Both the position numbers and the translations under genes were made by a program. From Methanomethylovorans hollandica DSM 15978 (GTDB taxonomy: Archaea; Halobacteriota; Methanosarcinia; Methanosarcinales; Methanosarcinaceae), in contig NC_019977.1 of the NCBI RefSeq assembly GCF_000328665.1, positions 1,604,011 to 1,668,010 on the forward strand: a stretch of 64,000 nt of DNA, in the 5' to 3' direction. Under the pieces are notes generated by a model. That model had not been told where the DNA came from and did no database searches. It saw nothing but the letters and a program-made list of their open reading frames with translations. Shown one piece after another: positions 29,045 to 37,841 of the stretch (position 1 is its first letter; every line of letters begins with the position of its first letter).

Positions 29045-29425
29045 TTACTGCAGTATCCTTATCTTTGATCCGCGGGGGTTCTCTTCAAGGATCTGTTCAA
29101 TCGTCAGATATTTGCCACCGACCTCATTAATCTTGTCAATAGCAGTGCCACTGAAATCAAGAGCTGCTATCGTTACTGATGTCTTAAGCTCACCAGCACC
29201 CAGTACTTTACCGGGTATAAGGACGACCTCTCCTTCCTTAGCGTATCTGTTGATTTTACTGAGATTGACCTGAGCATACCTGCGGCTTGGTTTCTCCAGT
29301 CTCTTTGCAATATCTCTCCAGATCAGAACATCATTGTTCCTTGACTCTTCCTTAAGAGTGGATATAAGTTCAGGTATTCTGGGGTTTGTTTTTCTTGTAA
29401 CTTTTCTTTGTGTCTTGTTTCCCAT
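29045..29425 (-). CDS. rpl18e: 50S ribosomal protein L18e
   Basis: [26 protein letters not shown] 29425 after GGAGG. Confidence 0.95.
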   Translation of the reverse strand: MGNKTQRKVTRKTNPRIPELISTLKEESRNNDVLIWRDIAKRLEKPSRRYAQVNLSKINRYAKEGEVVLIPGKVLGAGELKTSVTIAALDFSGTAIDKINEVGGKYLTIEQILEENPRGSKIRILQ

Positions 29426-29568
29426 AATGTCCCTCCGCAAGATCATCCGGACCTTACTCACGCAGGTAGGCTGCGTTCAAACATCCATGAGTGTCCTTCA
29501 GGGTATTTCATGTCCATAAGGACATCTGACTCATGAATACTATTACTAGTACATAAAGATTTTGTGGC

Positions 29569-30036
29569 TCACTCCATGTTTGGGAACATGTCAGCCAGCA
29601 CTTTTGGATAGATCCTGCTTATGTCACACCCTATTTCCCTCGCAACTACAAGTGCTGCGATCTCGATATCCACCATATCCCCCAGGGTTTCCTGTTTTCT
29701 GCTTATAAGAGCAGCCACATTCCGATTATCCATACCTGAACAGGCAGCTATCATCGCCATGATCTGTTCTATCAGGGGCCTCTCATGGAATATTTTCTCC
29801 GATGGGCGAAAACCACGAGGAATCTCCACTTTTCCTATATCGAATGTAGGAACCAGCTTATTCTCATCTGCTTCCAATAAGCGCAGGGCAAGAGCAGTAT
29901 CCCTCACCTTTGACGCATTTTCGGGCGACATCCATTTCAGGCCAAAAGAAAGGGCGAACTCAAAATCCCTTATAGAAATGCGATCCGTAGCATGCTGTTT
30001 GAAAGGTGCTGATACAACGCACAAGAATTCGTCCAT
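29569..30036 (-). CDS. DUF2240-like archaeal protein
   Basis: FEFALSFGLKWMSP, IPRGFRPS, EIAAL motifs. Confidence 0.7.
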   Translation of the reverse strand: MDEFLCVVSAPFKQHATDRISIRDFEFALSFGLKWMSPENASKVRDTALALRLLEADENKLVPTFDIGKVEIPRGFRPSEKIFHERPLIEQIMAMIAACSGMDNRNVAALISRKQETLGDMVDIEIAALVVAREIGCDISRIYPKVLADMFPNME

Positions 30037-30515
30037 TATGAACCGCGCCTGATTTCTTCTATAATGGTGTCTGCAACCCTCCCGGCTTCTGTCCTACCGG
30101 GCCCTTCTATCCTGTGTATCTGCAGTACGAGCACTTCATTCTCAAGCAGAGCACGCACAAGATAAGTATCCCCTCTAAAAGGTACACGGTTGTATTTCCC
30201 ATCCAGGTAACTGTAGTTGAGGACCACCTTGAAATCTATAATCCCCTCTTTTTCGATCGTGTCGATCATCTGATCTACATTCTTGTAATTGAGATTTTCA
30301 AAATCCACTCCATTACTCACGATCTCGATACTGATCTCCCTTTTTGCCTGTATCCGGTGCCCTCTCTGCACTACAGATTCAGTGACGAACATCCCGAACT
30401 TCCCGTCCATATTAGCCATCACTTTTACAAGATAGGGAAGATCCGAGTGGTATCGGTACTTCTGTTCGAACTCGACCTCCCTATGCGGGAACTTGTGATA
30501 TATGCGCTTTCTCAT
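30036..30515 (-). CDS. Hypothetical protein
   Basis: 159-aa ORF with TAATG coupling to the downstream gene. Confidence 0.7.
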   Translation of the reverse strand: MRKRIYHKFPHREVEFEQKYRYHSDLPYLVKVMANMDGKFGMFVTESVVQRGHRIQAKREISIEIVSNGVDFENLNYKNVDQMIDTIEKEGIIDFKVVLNYSYLDGKYNRVPFRGDTYLVRALLENEVLVLQIHRIEGPGRTEAGRVADTIIEEIRRGS

Positions 30516-30572
30516 GCTTCGGACCTGGAATAGGCCATATTACCAATATTTTGTTTGAAACACCTATGGCTT

Positions 30573-32144
30573 TCAGAGCTTGACAAGTTTTGCTGTCAGT
30601 ATCCCATCAACACCACGCATTTCCTCCAGAATGGCAGGAGATACTTCAGAGTCTACGTTAAGGGTCATGATAGTGACCCCCCCGATAGCTGCTCTGCCGA
30701 CTTGCATTCCCGATATGTTGATGTTGTTCTTTCCAAGCACCATGCAGCAAGGCCCTATCACATTGGGTCTGTTGATGTGCTTTGCAACTATCATATAACC
30801 GGATGGGATTATATCCACACGTTCTCCGTCAATTCCAGTGATCCGGGCTTCGTCCCCTATCATGGTTCCTGTAACAGATACAGATTCACCATTATTGTTT
30901 AATTTTATCTGGATTTCAGAGGGTCTTTCTCCGGAAGTTTCGGATTTACTCTCTATCACTTCGATCTTCCTTGATTTTGCAAGTGCAGGAGCATTCACAT
31001 AGTTCACACTGGAACCCAGGGCATTCTGCAGCATGCCCTTCAACGCAGCAACTGTAACTGGCCTGATGTCCTTCTCAGCAATCTCTCCGTAATATGATAT
31101 CTCAACTCTCTCATAGCTGGTGCCAAGCAATTGAGCGCAGACATCCGCCATGGTCTCTGCAAGATTGATATAAGGTGCAAGAACCCGCATCACTTCCGGT
31201 TTTACAGAAGGTATATTGATCGCGTTCTTTGCCGTTCCACCATTCAGTACTGAAGTAACTTCTTCTGCGATCGTTATGGCTACATTTACCTGAGCTTCCT
31301 CGGTGGATGCTCCCAGGTGAGGAGTCATGATAAGATTGTCACACTCAAGCAGAGGGCTGTCCTTTGGAGGTTCATTGATGAATACATCAAGCGCTGCTCC
31401 TGTGATCCTTCCACTCTTGAGCGCCTCAGCAAGGGCCTCTTCACTGATGATGCCTCCACGGGCACAATTGATGACCCTCGCTGTTTTCTTCATCACATTG
31501 AACTCTTCAGTATCGAGGATATTCCGGGTCTCTTTTGTAAGTGGTGTATGCACTGTAATGAAGTCGGCATTTTCTGCGATCTCCTTTACTGTGGCAAGCT
31601 TTATTCCAAGCTCCTGTGCTTTCTCTTTTGATATGTAGGGATCGTATCCCATTATGGTCATATTGAGGCCCTGTGCCCTTCTAGCAACTTCTGTCCCAAT
31701 GCGTCCCAGACCGATAACCCCCAGCACCTTACCATTGACCTCCACGCCCATGAAATTCTTACGTTCCCATTTCCCGGCTTTCATTGAAGCGTTTGCCTGA
31801 GGTATGTTCCTTGCCAAGGACATCATCATGGCAATAGTGTGCTCTGCAGCGGAAAGCATATTACCTTCAGGTGCATTAGTGACGATGATACCTTTTTCAG
31901 TAGCAGCTTCGACATCCACGTTGTCAATGCCTACCCCCGCTCTGCCTATGATCTTGAGATTACTGGTAGATTCGATAACCTTTCTTGTTACCTGTGTTCC
32001 ACTACGGATGACAAGAGCATCATAGTTGACTATCTTAGCTGACAGCTCGCTCTCGGACAACCCCGTGATAACATCTACATCAAAATGTTTCTGGAGCATT
32101 GCCAAGCCTTCCTCAGATAACGGATCACTGACTAATATCTTCAT
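30573..32144 (-). CDS. serA: D-3-phosphoglycerate dehydrogenase
   Basis: MKILVSD, GRAGVGIDNVD, GLGRIG, INCARGG, TPHLGAST, C-terminal ACT domain; start moved to ATG 32144. Confidence 0.95.
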   Translation of the reverse strand: MKILVSDPLSEEGLAMLQKHFDVDVITGLSESELSAKIVNYDALVIRSGTQVTRKVIESTSNLKIIGRAGVGIDNVDVEAATEKGIIVTNAPEGNMLSAAEHTIAMMMSLARNIPQANASMKAGKWERKNFMGVEVNGKVLGVIGLGRIGTEVARRAQGLNMTIMGYDPYISKEKAQELGIKLATVKEIAENADFITVHTPLTKETRNILDTEEFNVMKKTARVINCARGGIISEEALAEALKSGRITGAALDVFINEPPKDSPLLECDNLIMTPHLGASTEEAQVNVAITIAEEVTSVLNGGTAKNAINIPSVKPEVMRVLAPYINLAETMADVCAQLLGTSYERVEISYYGEIAEKDIRPVTVAALKGMLQNALGSSVNYVNAPALAKSRKIEVIESKSETSGERPSEIQIKLNNNGESVSVTGTMIGDEARITGIDGERVDIIPSGYMIVAKHINRPNVIGPCCMVLGKNNINISGMQVGRAAIGGVTIMTLNVDSEVSPAILEEMRGVDGILTAKLVKL

Positions 32145-32358
32145 CTTTATGTCTCCTGTAAATGGATGATATGGTCGTGGCGATTTAAGCCAATTTCCAC
32201 CTGTTCGCAGTATGTTAAGTCCAACTGTAATTACCATGCAAGTATATTTAGTAGTTGTTATTACAGCAATACACCAGAAAAGATATTGTACATACATATA
32301 TCTTCCTTATAGGAGAGCCATATCCGGCCATATCTGCACGCTGGTGCCCGGATCATTA

Positions 32359-33063
32359 TTATCTGAAACGTAAATACACCCTTCTGTTGTTCTTGCCTTT
32401 GTTTTCGGCCTTGAATATCTCTATATGAGGTATTTCTCCGGTGCTGGCAACATGTGTTCCCCCACAAGCCTGCCTGTCCACTCCCGGGATGGTGATCACT
32501 CGTATGTTAAGGACTTCCGGGGGAAAAGCATCTTTAAGTTTTACTACCGAAGGTATCCCGAAGGCTTCCTCACGATCCATTGTTTCAATGGTGACAGGAA
32601 TATTCCTGTCTATCACATCGTTGACCTTTACCTCATAGGCCTTGAGTTGTTCCCTGTCGAACTCCTCCAGGGAGAAATCCACACGTGTCTTGTCCTCTGA
32701 CAACTGATTACCGCTTATCTTAGCACCCGTCTCGCTATGTATGATGGAACTCAGGATATGACATGCAGTGTGGTAACGCATAAGCAGATATCTCCTATCC
32801 CAGTCGATAACCCCCCTTACCACATCTCCATCGTTTAGTCCGGCTTTCCCGATTTCATGATATACCTTTCCATCTGCTTTCCTCACGCCTGTAACCGGAT
32901 ATTCTTTACCGGCACAGTACAGAAAGCCAATATCATGGGGCTGTCCTCCGGCTTCAGGGTAGAAAGCGGTCCTGTCCAGTACTATATACCTTTCATCGAC
33001 CACATTTTCAACTACGGCATCGAACTCTTTGAGATAACAGTCGTCAAAATACAGTTCTTCCAT
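32359..33063 (-). CDS. alaX: Alanyl-tRNA editing protein AlaX (AlaX-M type)
   Basis: TAFYPEAGGQPHD, HTACH, CGGTH. Confidence 0.92.
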   Translation of the reverse strand: MEELYFDDCYLKEFDAVVENVVDERYIVLDRTAFYPEAGGQPHDIGFLYCAGKEYPVTGVRKADGKVYHEIGKAGLNDGDVVRGVIDWDRRYLLMRYHTACHILSSIIHSETGAKISGNQLSEDKTRVDFSLEEFDREQLKAYEVKVNDVIDRNIPVTIETMDREEAFGIPSVVKLKDAFPPEVLNIRVITIPGVDRQACGGTHVASTGEIPHIEIFKAENKGKNNRRVYLRFR

Positions 33064-33151
33064 GCCTATGAATGATGAGGTATAACATAAATCTGTTTCT
33101 TATGCACCATCAGCAAAATTTCTAATATCAATACATTCCATATATGCAGCG

Positions 33152-34465
33152 ATGCTGGAATCAAGGATCTCAATATATCCCATGCTTGCTGTGAACTTCA
33201 TAGGCACCCTGGGTCTGAGCCTTGTTCTTCCCTTTCTGATATTCCTTGTGGAACGGTTCGGAGGCAATGCTATCATCTATGGTCTTGCAGCTTCAATGTA
33301 CCCTGTCTTTCAGCTAATTGGCGGACCATTGCTCGGAAGATGGTCAGATATATACGGCCGGAAAAAGGTACTGTTCCTGAGCCAGATAGGCACCTTTATT
33401 TCCTGGGTCATTTTTCTGACGGCTATGCTTATCCCGATCACCAGGATCATCGATGTGAGATCAGGCGTACTGGGAAGTTTTGTCCTCACCTTGCCTCTGA
33501 CGCTTATTTTTATAGCCAGAGCCTTTGACGGCCTGACAGGCGGGAATGTATCCGTTGCCAACGCCTATCTTGCTGACATCACTGAGGATAAGGACAGGAG
33601 CAGTGTATATGGTAAGCTTTCGGTTTCAACTAACCTGGGCTTCATATTCGGACCGGCGCTTGCAGGCATACTGAGCGTTACAGTGTACGGTGAGATCCTG
33701 CCCGTGATTGCTGCAGTCCTGATATCGTTTGCAGGAATATTGATGATATCTTTTCTTGTGCCGGAGCCCGAGACACGTGGTTTGCATGACCCTCGGGTCC
33801 AGGTTGATGAAACGCAACACATGGAGATGCAGGCCGGAACTTCGAACAGCACAAATAAACTCAGTTTTCTGGAAGTGATAAGGATGCAAGGCATTTTCAG
33901 CCTTTTACTTATATATTTCCTAATATTCCTCGGCTACAATATTTTCTATACTGCCTTTCCAGTACATGCCGCAAACAACCTCACATGGAATGCAGCTACC
34001 CTTGGCCTGTATTTTTCTGCGCTCAGTCTGCTGCTTGTTGTTGTTGAAGGTCCTGTACTCTCATGGGCCAGTAAAAGATATTCAGATGCTGCACTCCTTA
34101 CTTTTGGCAGCTTCGTGCTATGCATCAATTTCTTGCTGCTTTTTTTCGGTACTGATCTTATCACATACTGTGCATTGATTTTCTTTGCAGTGGGAAACGG
34201 ATTTATGTGGCCTTCACTGATGTCCATACTTTCCAAAACAGCTAAAAAGGAATATCAAGGAGCTGTACAGGGTGTATCTACCAGTTTCATCGGTCTTGCC
34301 AGCATCATAGGGCTTATAGCAGGAGGCTTTATGTTCTCATTCCTTGATGCAGGTACCTTCCTTATAGCAGGCGCTATGATATTTGGCGTTTTCCTGCTGT
34401 CCTTTAAGATGGACCCTTTTAAAAAGAAAGGACACAGGAAGATCGATGATGAACGCCCGGTCTAG
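33152..34465 (+). CDS. MFS transporter (TetA/DHA1-like)
   Basis: GRWSDIYGRKKVL motif A, RAFDGLTGGN, multiple TM helices. Confidence 0.9.
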   Translation: MLESRISIYPMLAVNFIGTLGLSLVLPFLIFLVERFGGNAIIYGLAASMYPVFQLIGGPLLGRWSDIYGRKKVLFLSQIGTFISWVIFLTAMLIPITRIIDVRSGVLGSFVLTLPLTLIFIARAFDGLTGGNVSVANAYLADITEDKDRSSVYGKLSVSTNLGFIFGPALAGILSVTVYGEILPVIAAVLISFAGILMISFLVPEPETRGLHDPRVQVDETQHMEMQAGTSNSTNKLSFLEVIRMQGIFSLLLIYFLIFLGYNIFYTAFPVHAANNLTWNAATLGLYFSALSLLLVVVEGPVLSWASKRYSDAALLTFGSFVLCINFLLLFFGTDLITYCALIFFAVGNGFMWPSLMSILSKTAKKEYQGAVQGVSTSFIGLASIIGLIAGGFMFSFLDAGTFLIAGAMIFGVFLLSFKMDPFKKKGHRKIDDERPV

Positions 34466-34692
34466 TTCTTTTTCTCAGCTGTGCTGAACCCCATAAGCAC
34501 ATAAGGTGTGCAGTGTCTTGTCATGCCGGTGAACAAGCCTGTGAATGCAACGAGAGCTGTAATCCATTTCCATAATCCAGGTTCCACCAGATCCATGGCA
34601 AGTATAACAATTGCTATCGAGCCCAGCAATGCTCTTAACAGCAGATCATATCCGCCCACGTTCTCCCGGGTCAGCGTATCTTTGAGTTTCAT
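34462..34692 (-). CDS. DUF2892/YgaP-like small membrane protein
   Basis: NVGGYDLLLR, two TM segments, CTPYVLMGFST. Confidence 0.75.
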   Translation of the reverse strand: MKLKDTLTRENVGGYDLLLRALLGSIAIVILAMDLVEPGLWKWITALVAFTGLFTGMTRHCTPYVLMGFSTAEKKN

Positions 34693-34781
34693 ACGATCCC
34701 TCCGTTCTATTATTGTCCAGTGCTCCAATATTAAAATATGCAATGTATCTCAAATACACGAATAAATGGAGGAAGAAATGT

Positions 34782-35231
34782 ATGCATGAGCATGAAAAAG
34801 AGATAGAGGACCTGATCGGTTCCATTATGGCCGCAGAACTTCTTGCTGTACTTGCCACAAAAGCTCCGGAATATCCTTATACGAACCTTGTGGCCTTTGC
34901 AGCCACCGAAGATCTGAAAAGGTTGCTCTTTGTGACCACAAGGTCCACACGTAAATATCTGTATCTGATCTCCGATAACAGGGCTTCTTTGCTTATTGAC
35001 AACAGGTCGAACAGTTTTATTGATTTCAGAGATGCAGTGGCCATCAACGCCACGGGCAGGGTAAGAGAGGCAGACCGTGAGAACTATTCTCGCCTCGGAG
35101 ACATATACCTGCGTAAGCATCCATATCTGCGGGGCTTCTTCAGTTCAGATTCATCAGCACTCATGTGCATGGATGTGGAAAAGTACATCATAGTAAGGGA
35201 TTTTCAGAATGTGGTGGAGCTTGATATGTGA
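34782..35231 (+). CDS. Pyridoxamine 5'-phosphate oxidase-like (split-barrel flavin-binding) protein
   Basis: AVLAT...PYTNLVAF...TTRSTRKY..L..D.RASLLIDN. Confidence 0.75.
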   Translation: MHEHEKEIEDLIGSIMAAELLAVLATKAPEYPYTNLVAFAATEDLKRLLFVTTRSTRKYLYLISDNRASLLIDNRSNSFIDFRDAVAINATGRVREADRENYSRLGDIYLRKHPYLRGFFSSDSSALMCMDVEKYIIVRDFQNVVELDM

Positions 35232-35493
35232 TGTATCCTTTGCTGTTGCTCCAAAAATAGATCGATGAAGGCCATAAGGCCCTTAACGGTCTAAGAGGCA
35301 GAATAGCCCTGGAATTTACGCGCAAGATTATCATCAATACTGGGGATATTATAACAGTGGATGGTTATCCGGGGATCATAGTAATACAAAAAGCAGATGC
35401 AACTTAAGGGCTGCTGGTCAGCCATGTTATGCCCGATCGGTTATATTGAAACCACCAATAATTATATTTATTACCACATATTCTATTGATGCA

Positions 35494-36732
35494 ATGATAC
35501 TGCCAGTTGTCGTCCTTTGCCTTGTATTTCTTTTAACGATCATCCGACAGATAGGCAACATAAGGCTTGATCTGTGGCAGATAATGGGCCTTGGGGCCCT
35601 TGCTGTATTGCTCACCGGCCAGATCTCCATCCCGGAGGCTATAGAAGCTATCAATCCGGATATAATGTTATTCCTTTTTGGCGTGTTCGCCATTGGACAA
35701 GCCCTGGAAACCAGTGGTTATCTCTCCCTTGTTTCCTATAATTTCTTTAAAAATGCAAAGAACATGGATGCCATCATCCTGTACGTGCTTTTTGGCATGG
35801 GTTTCGCATCAGCTTTCCTCATGAACGATACTTTGGCAATAATCGGTACTCCTGTAGTGCTCTTGCTTGCAAGGCAACATCAGATCGATCCAAAGGTGCT
35901 CCTGCTTGCACTGGCTTTTGCTGTAACTACAGGCAGTGTTGCAAGCCCGATAGGCAATCCCCAGAATCTTCTCATAGCAATGAACGGCGGTATAAAAGAC
36001 CCTTTTGTGGTCTTTGCACGATACCTACTGCTGCCGACCACAGTTAACCTAATAGCTGCATACCTTGTGCTCAAGTTCTTTTTCAGGGAGCATTTTTCTG
36101 CAGCTGTCCTGAACCATTCAGAACCTCAGACAAGCGATCCTAAACTCGCCAGCTTGTCCCGACTCTCGCTTGTCTTGTTCGTATTGCTGGTGTGTGCAAA
36201 GATCCTCGTGCAATTGCTGTCTATTCCCTTTGACTTCAGACTGACGTATATTGCTCTGATAGCTGCTATCCCGGTGCTTGTTCTGAGCAGCCGCAGATAT
36301 GAACTGGTCAAAAGAATGGATTGGCACACCTTGGTTTTTTTTGCGGCTATGTTCATACTCATGGAAAGTGTGTGGAACTCAGGATTTTTCCAGGGTTTTC
36401 TGACGGATACGCAACAAAGTATCGTTTCGATCTCCATGGTCTTAAGCGTAAGTGTCATCCTGAGCCAGTTCATCTCTAACGTACCGCTCGTAGCTCTGTA
36501 CTTACCTATCCTGTCCCATGCTTCAGTGGATACAGGAGGATTGCTGGCGCTTGCTGCAGGCAGTACCATTGCAGGCAATCTCTCTATCCTGGGTGCAGCA
36601 AGCAATGTGATCATCATCCATAATGCTGAGAAAAAAGGCAATGTAACACTCACTTTCATGGAATTCTTCAAGATAGGGGTACCGCTGACAATTATCCAGA
36701 CCTGCGTCTATTGGTTTTTCTTGTCCTTGTAG
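35494..36732 (+). CDS. ArsB/NhaD/SLC13-family anion permease
   Basis: SAFLMND, GSVASPIGNPQN, SQFISNVP, STIAGNLSILGAASN. Confidence 0.88.
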   Translation: MILPVVVLCLVFLLTIIRQIGNIRLDLWQIMGLGALAVLLTGQISIPEAIEAINPDIMLFLFGVFAIGQALETSGYLSLVSYNFFKNAKNMDAIILYVLFGMGFASAFLMNDTLAIIGTPVVLLLARQHQIDPKVLLLALAFAVTTGSVASPIGNPQNLLIAMNGGIKDPFVVFARYLLLPTTVNLIAAYLVLKFFFREHFSAAVLNHSEPQTSDPKLASLSRLSLVLFVLLVCAKILVQLLSIPFDFRLTYIALIAAIPVLVLSSRRYELVKRMDWHTLVFFAAMFILMESVWNSGFFQGFLTDTQQSIVSISMVLSVSVILSQFISNVPLVALYLPILSHASVDTGGLLALAAGSTIAGNLSILGAASNVIIIHNAEKKGNVTLTFMEFFKIGVPLTIIQTCVYWFFLSL

Positions 36733-36797
36733 CTTTCTTGTATTTGCCGTTCTCTCTTACTTGTAAAGATCCGATGCCATTGCTCCTGAGGTACAGA

Positions 36798-37139
36798 TCA
36801 GCATCTCGGATCCATGAGATAAGTTCTGAATACAGCCCTTGCCTTTTCCTCTCCAAGCGTTTTAACTACCAGATCCACGAATACCTGCATGTAGTCGGGA
36901 GGCACACAGCCAAGGCTCTCACTACCATTTTCGATAAGTAAAAGCAAATATTGCAGGTCTTCTGTGCTGAGTTTTTCCAGCCTTTCCCTGAAATCATTTT
37001 CATTTGTGGCAAAATGGTTGGCAAGAGGGGGAAGTAGAGATCTGTAAGGAGCACCCGAACCTGCACAATCCAGACCTTTACATTCCGGAGCTAGTTGTTT
37101 CAATATATCTATATCCTTTTGTGAGAGTTCCCTTGGCAT
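36798..37139 (-). CDS. Hypothetical protein
   Basis: ORF from MPRELSQKD with plausible globular composition; CKGLDC and ESLGC motifs. Confidence 0.65.
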   Translation of the reverse strand: MPRELSQKDIDILKQLAPECKGLDCAGSGAPYRSLLPPLANHFATNENDFRERLEKLSTEDLQYLLLLIENGSESLGCVPPDYMQVFVDLVVKTLGEEKARAVFRTYLMDPRC

Positions 37140-37301
37140 TTTTATATCTTCCTGTCTTACCTTGATCTTCTGGTCAACATATGATCTCAATGTTATTTAT
37201 CCTTATATATTATGTTTAGAGTAAGAATAATTATATAATGTAACTATTGATTAACAATGTCAGAAGATATTGAAAGCTAGGTTAATCTGGAGGTTACTCT
37301 T

Positions 37302-37683
37302 ATGTACAAAAATGTTCAAGCCCTTTCGTCAAGATTATTCCGTCCATGCAGAGTATCTCATAGATAGAATACTAGAAAATCTGGCCCCATGTTTCAACAA
37401 ACTGCCTGCACCCGTTGTATATGGCTTTTCTGTTGTAAGTCTTTCAGAAAATGAAAACCGGATAAGAGAGTTCAGCAGCTTGCCTCTGGCGAGATAATTC
37501 TCAAAGCAACGGATGGTTACCTTGATCTTAAGGCATCGCACGGCGGATGTAAGTATGCAGAACATAGCCCACTTGCATCAAAAGCTGATCCTGAGAGTGT
37601 AACAGCTACTTACCGCAAGGGTTACTGGAAGTGGTCATAAAGACATTCAGCTTTGATAAGACAGTGTTGTGGACATCGAATAG
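37302..37683 (+). pseudogene. Frameshifted remnant of archaeal small heat shock protein Hsp20
   Basis: Fragments in different frames: PVVYGFSV...IREFSSL; EIILKATDGYLDLKA...KYAEHSPLASKADPESVTATYRKG; LLEVVIK; VDIE*; GGAGG before ATG 37302. Confidence 0.7.
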
Positions 37684-37841
37684 AACATTTCACTTAGATA
37701 ATAAATTATTTTTCAGAAACAAATATTTGGGAAATAAAGGATATACTTTTCAGACAAGAATTTATAGAAAATTTTTCCCCATATATAAGTCAAATCCATC
37801 ATTAAAAACAATTATATATAGGCAGAATAATGGAGGTAGGC

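Noticed and set aside
29486..29535. Possible hammerhead ribozyme or tRNA-Leu remnant upstream of rpl18e
   Set aside because: No CUGANGA core on either strand and no T-loop or cloverleaf
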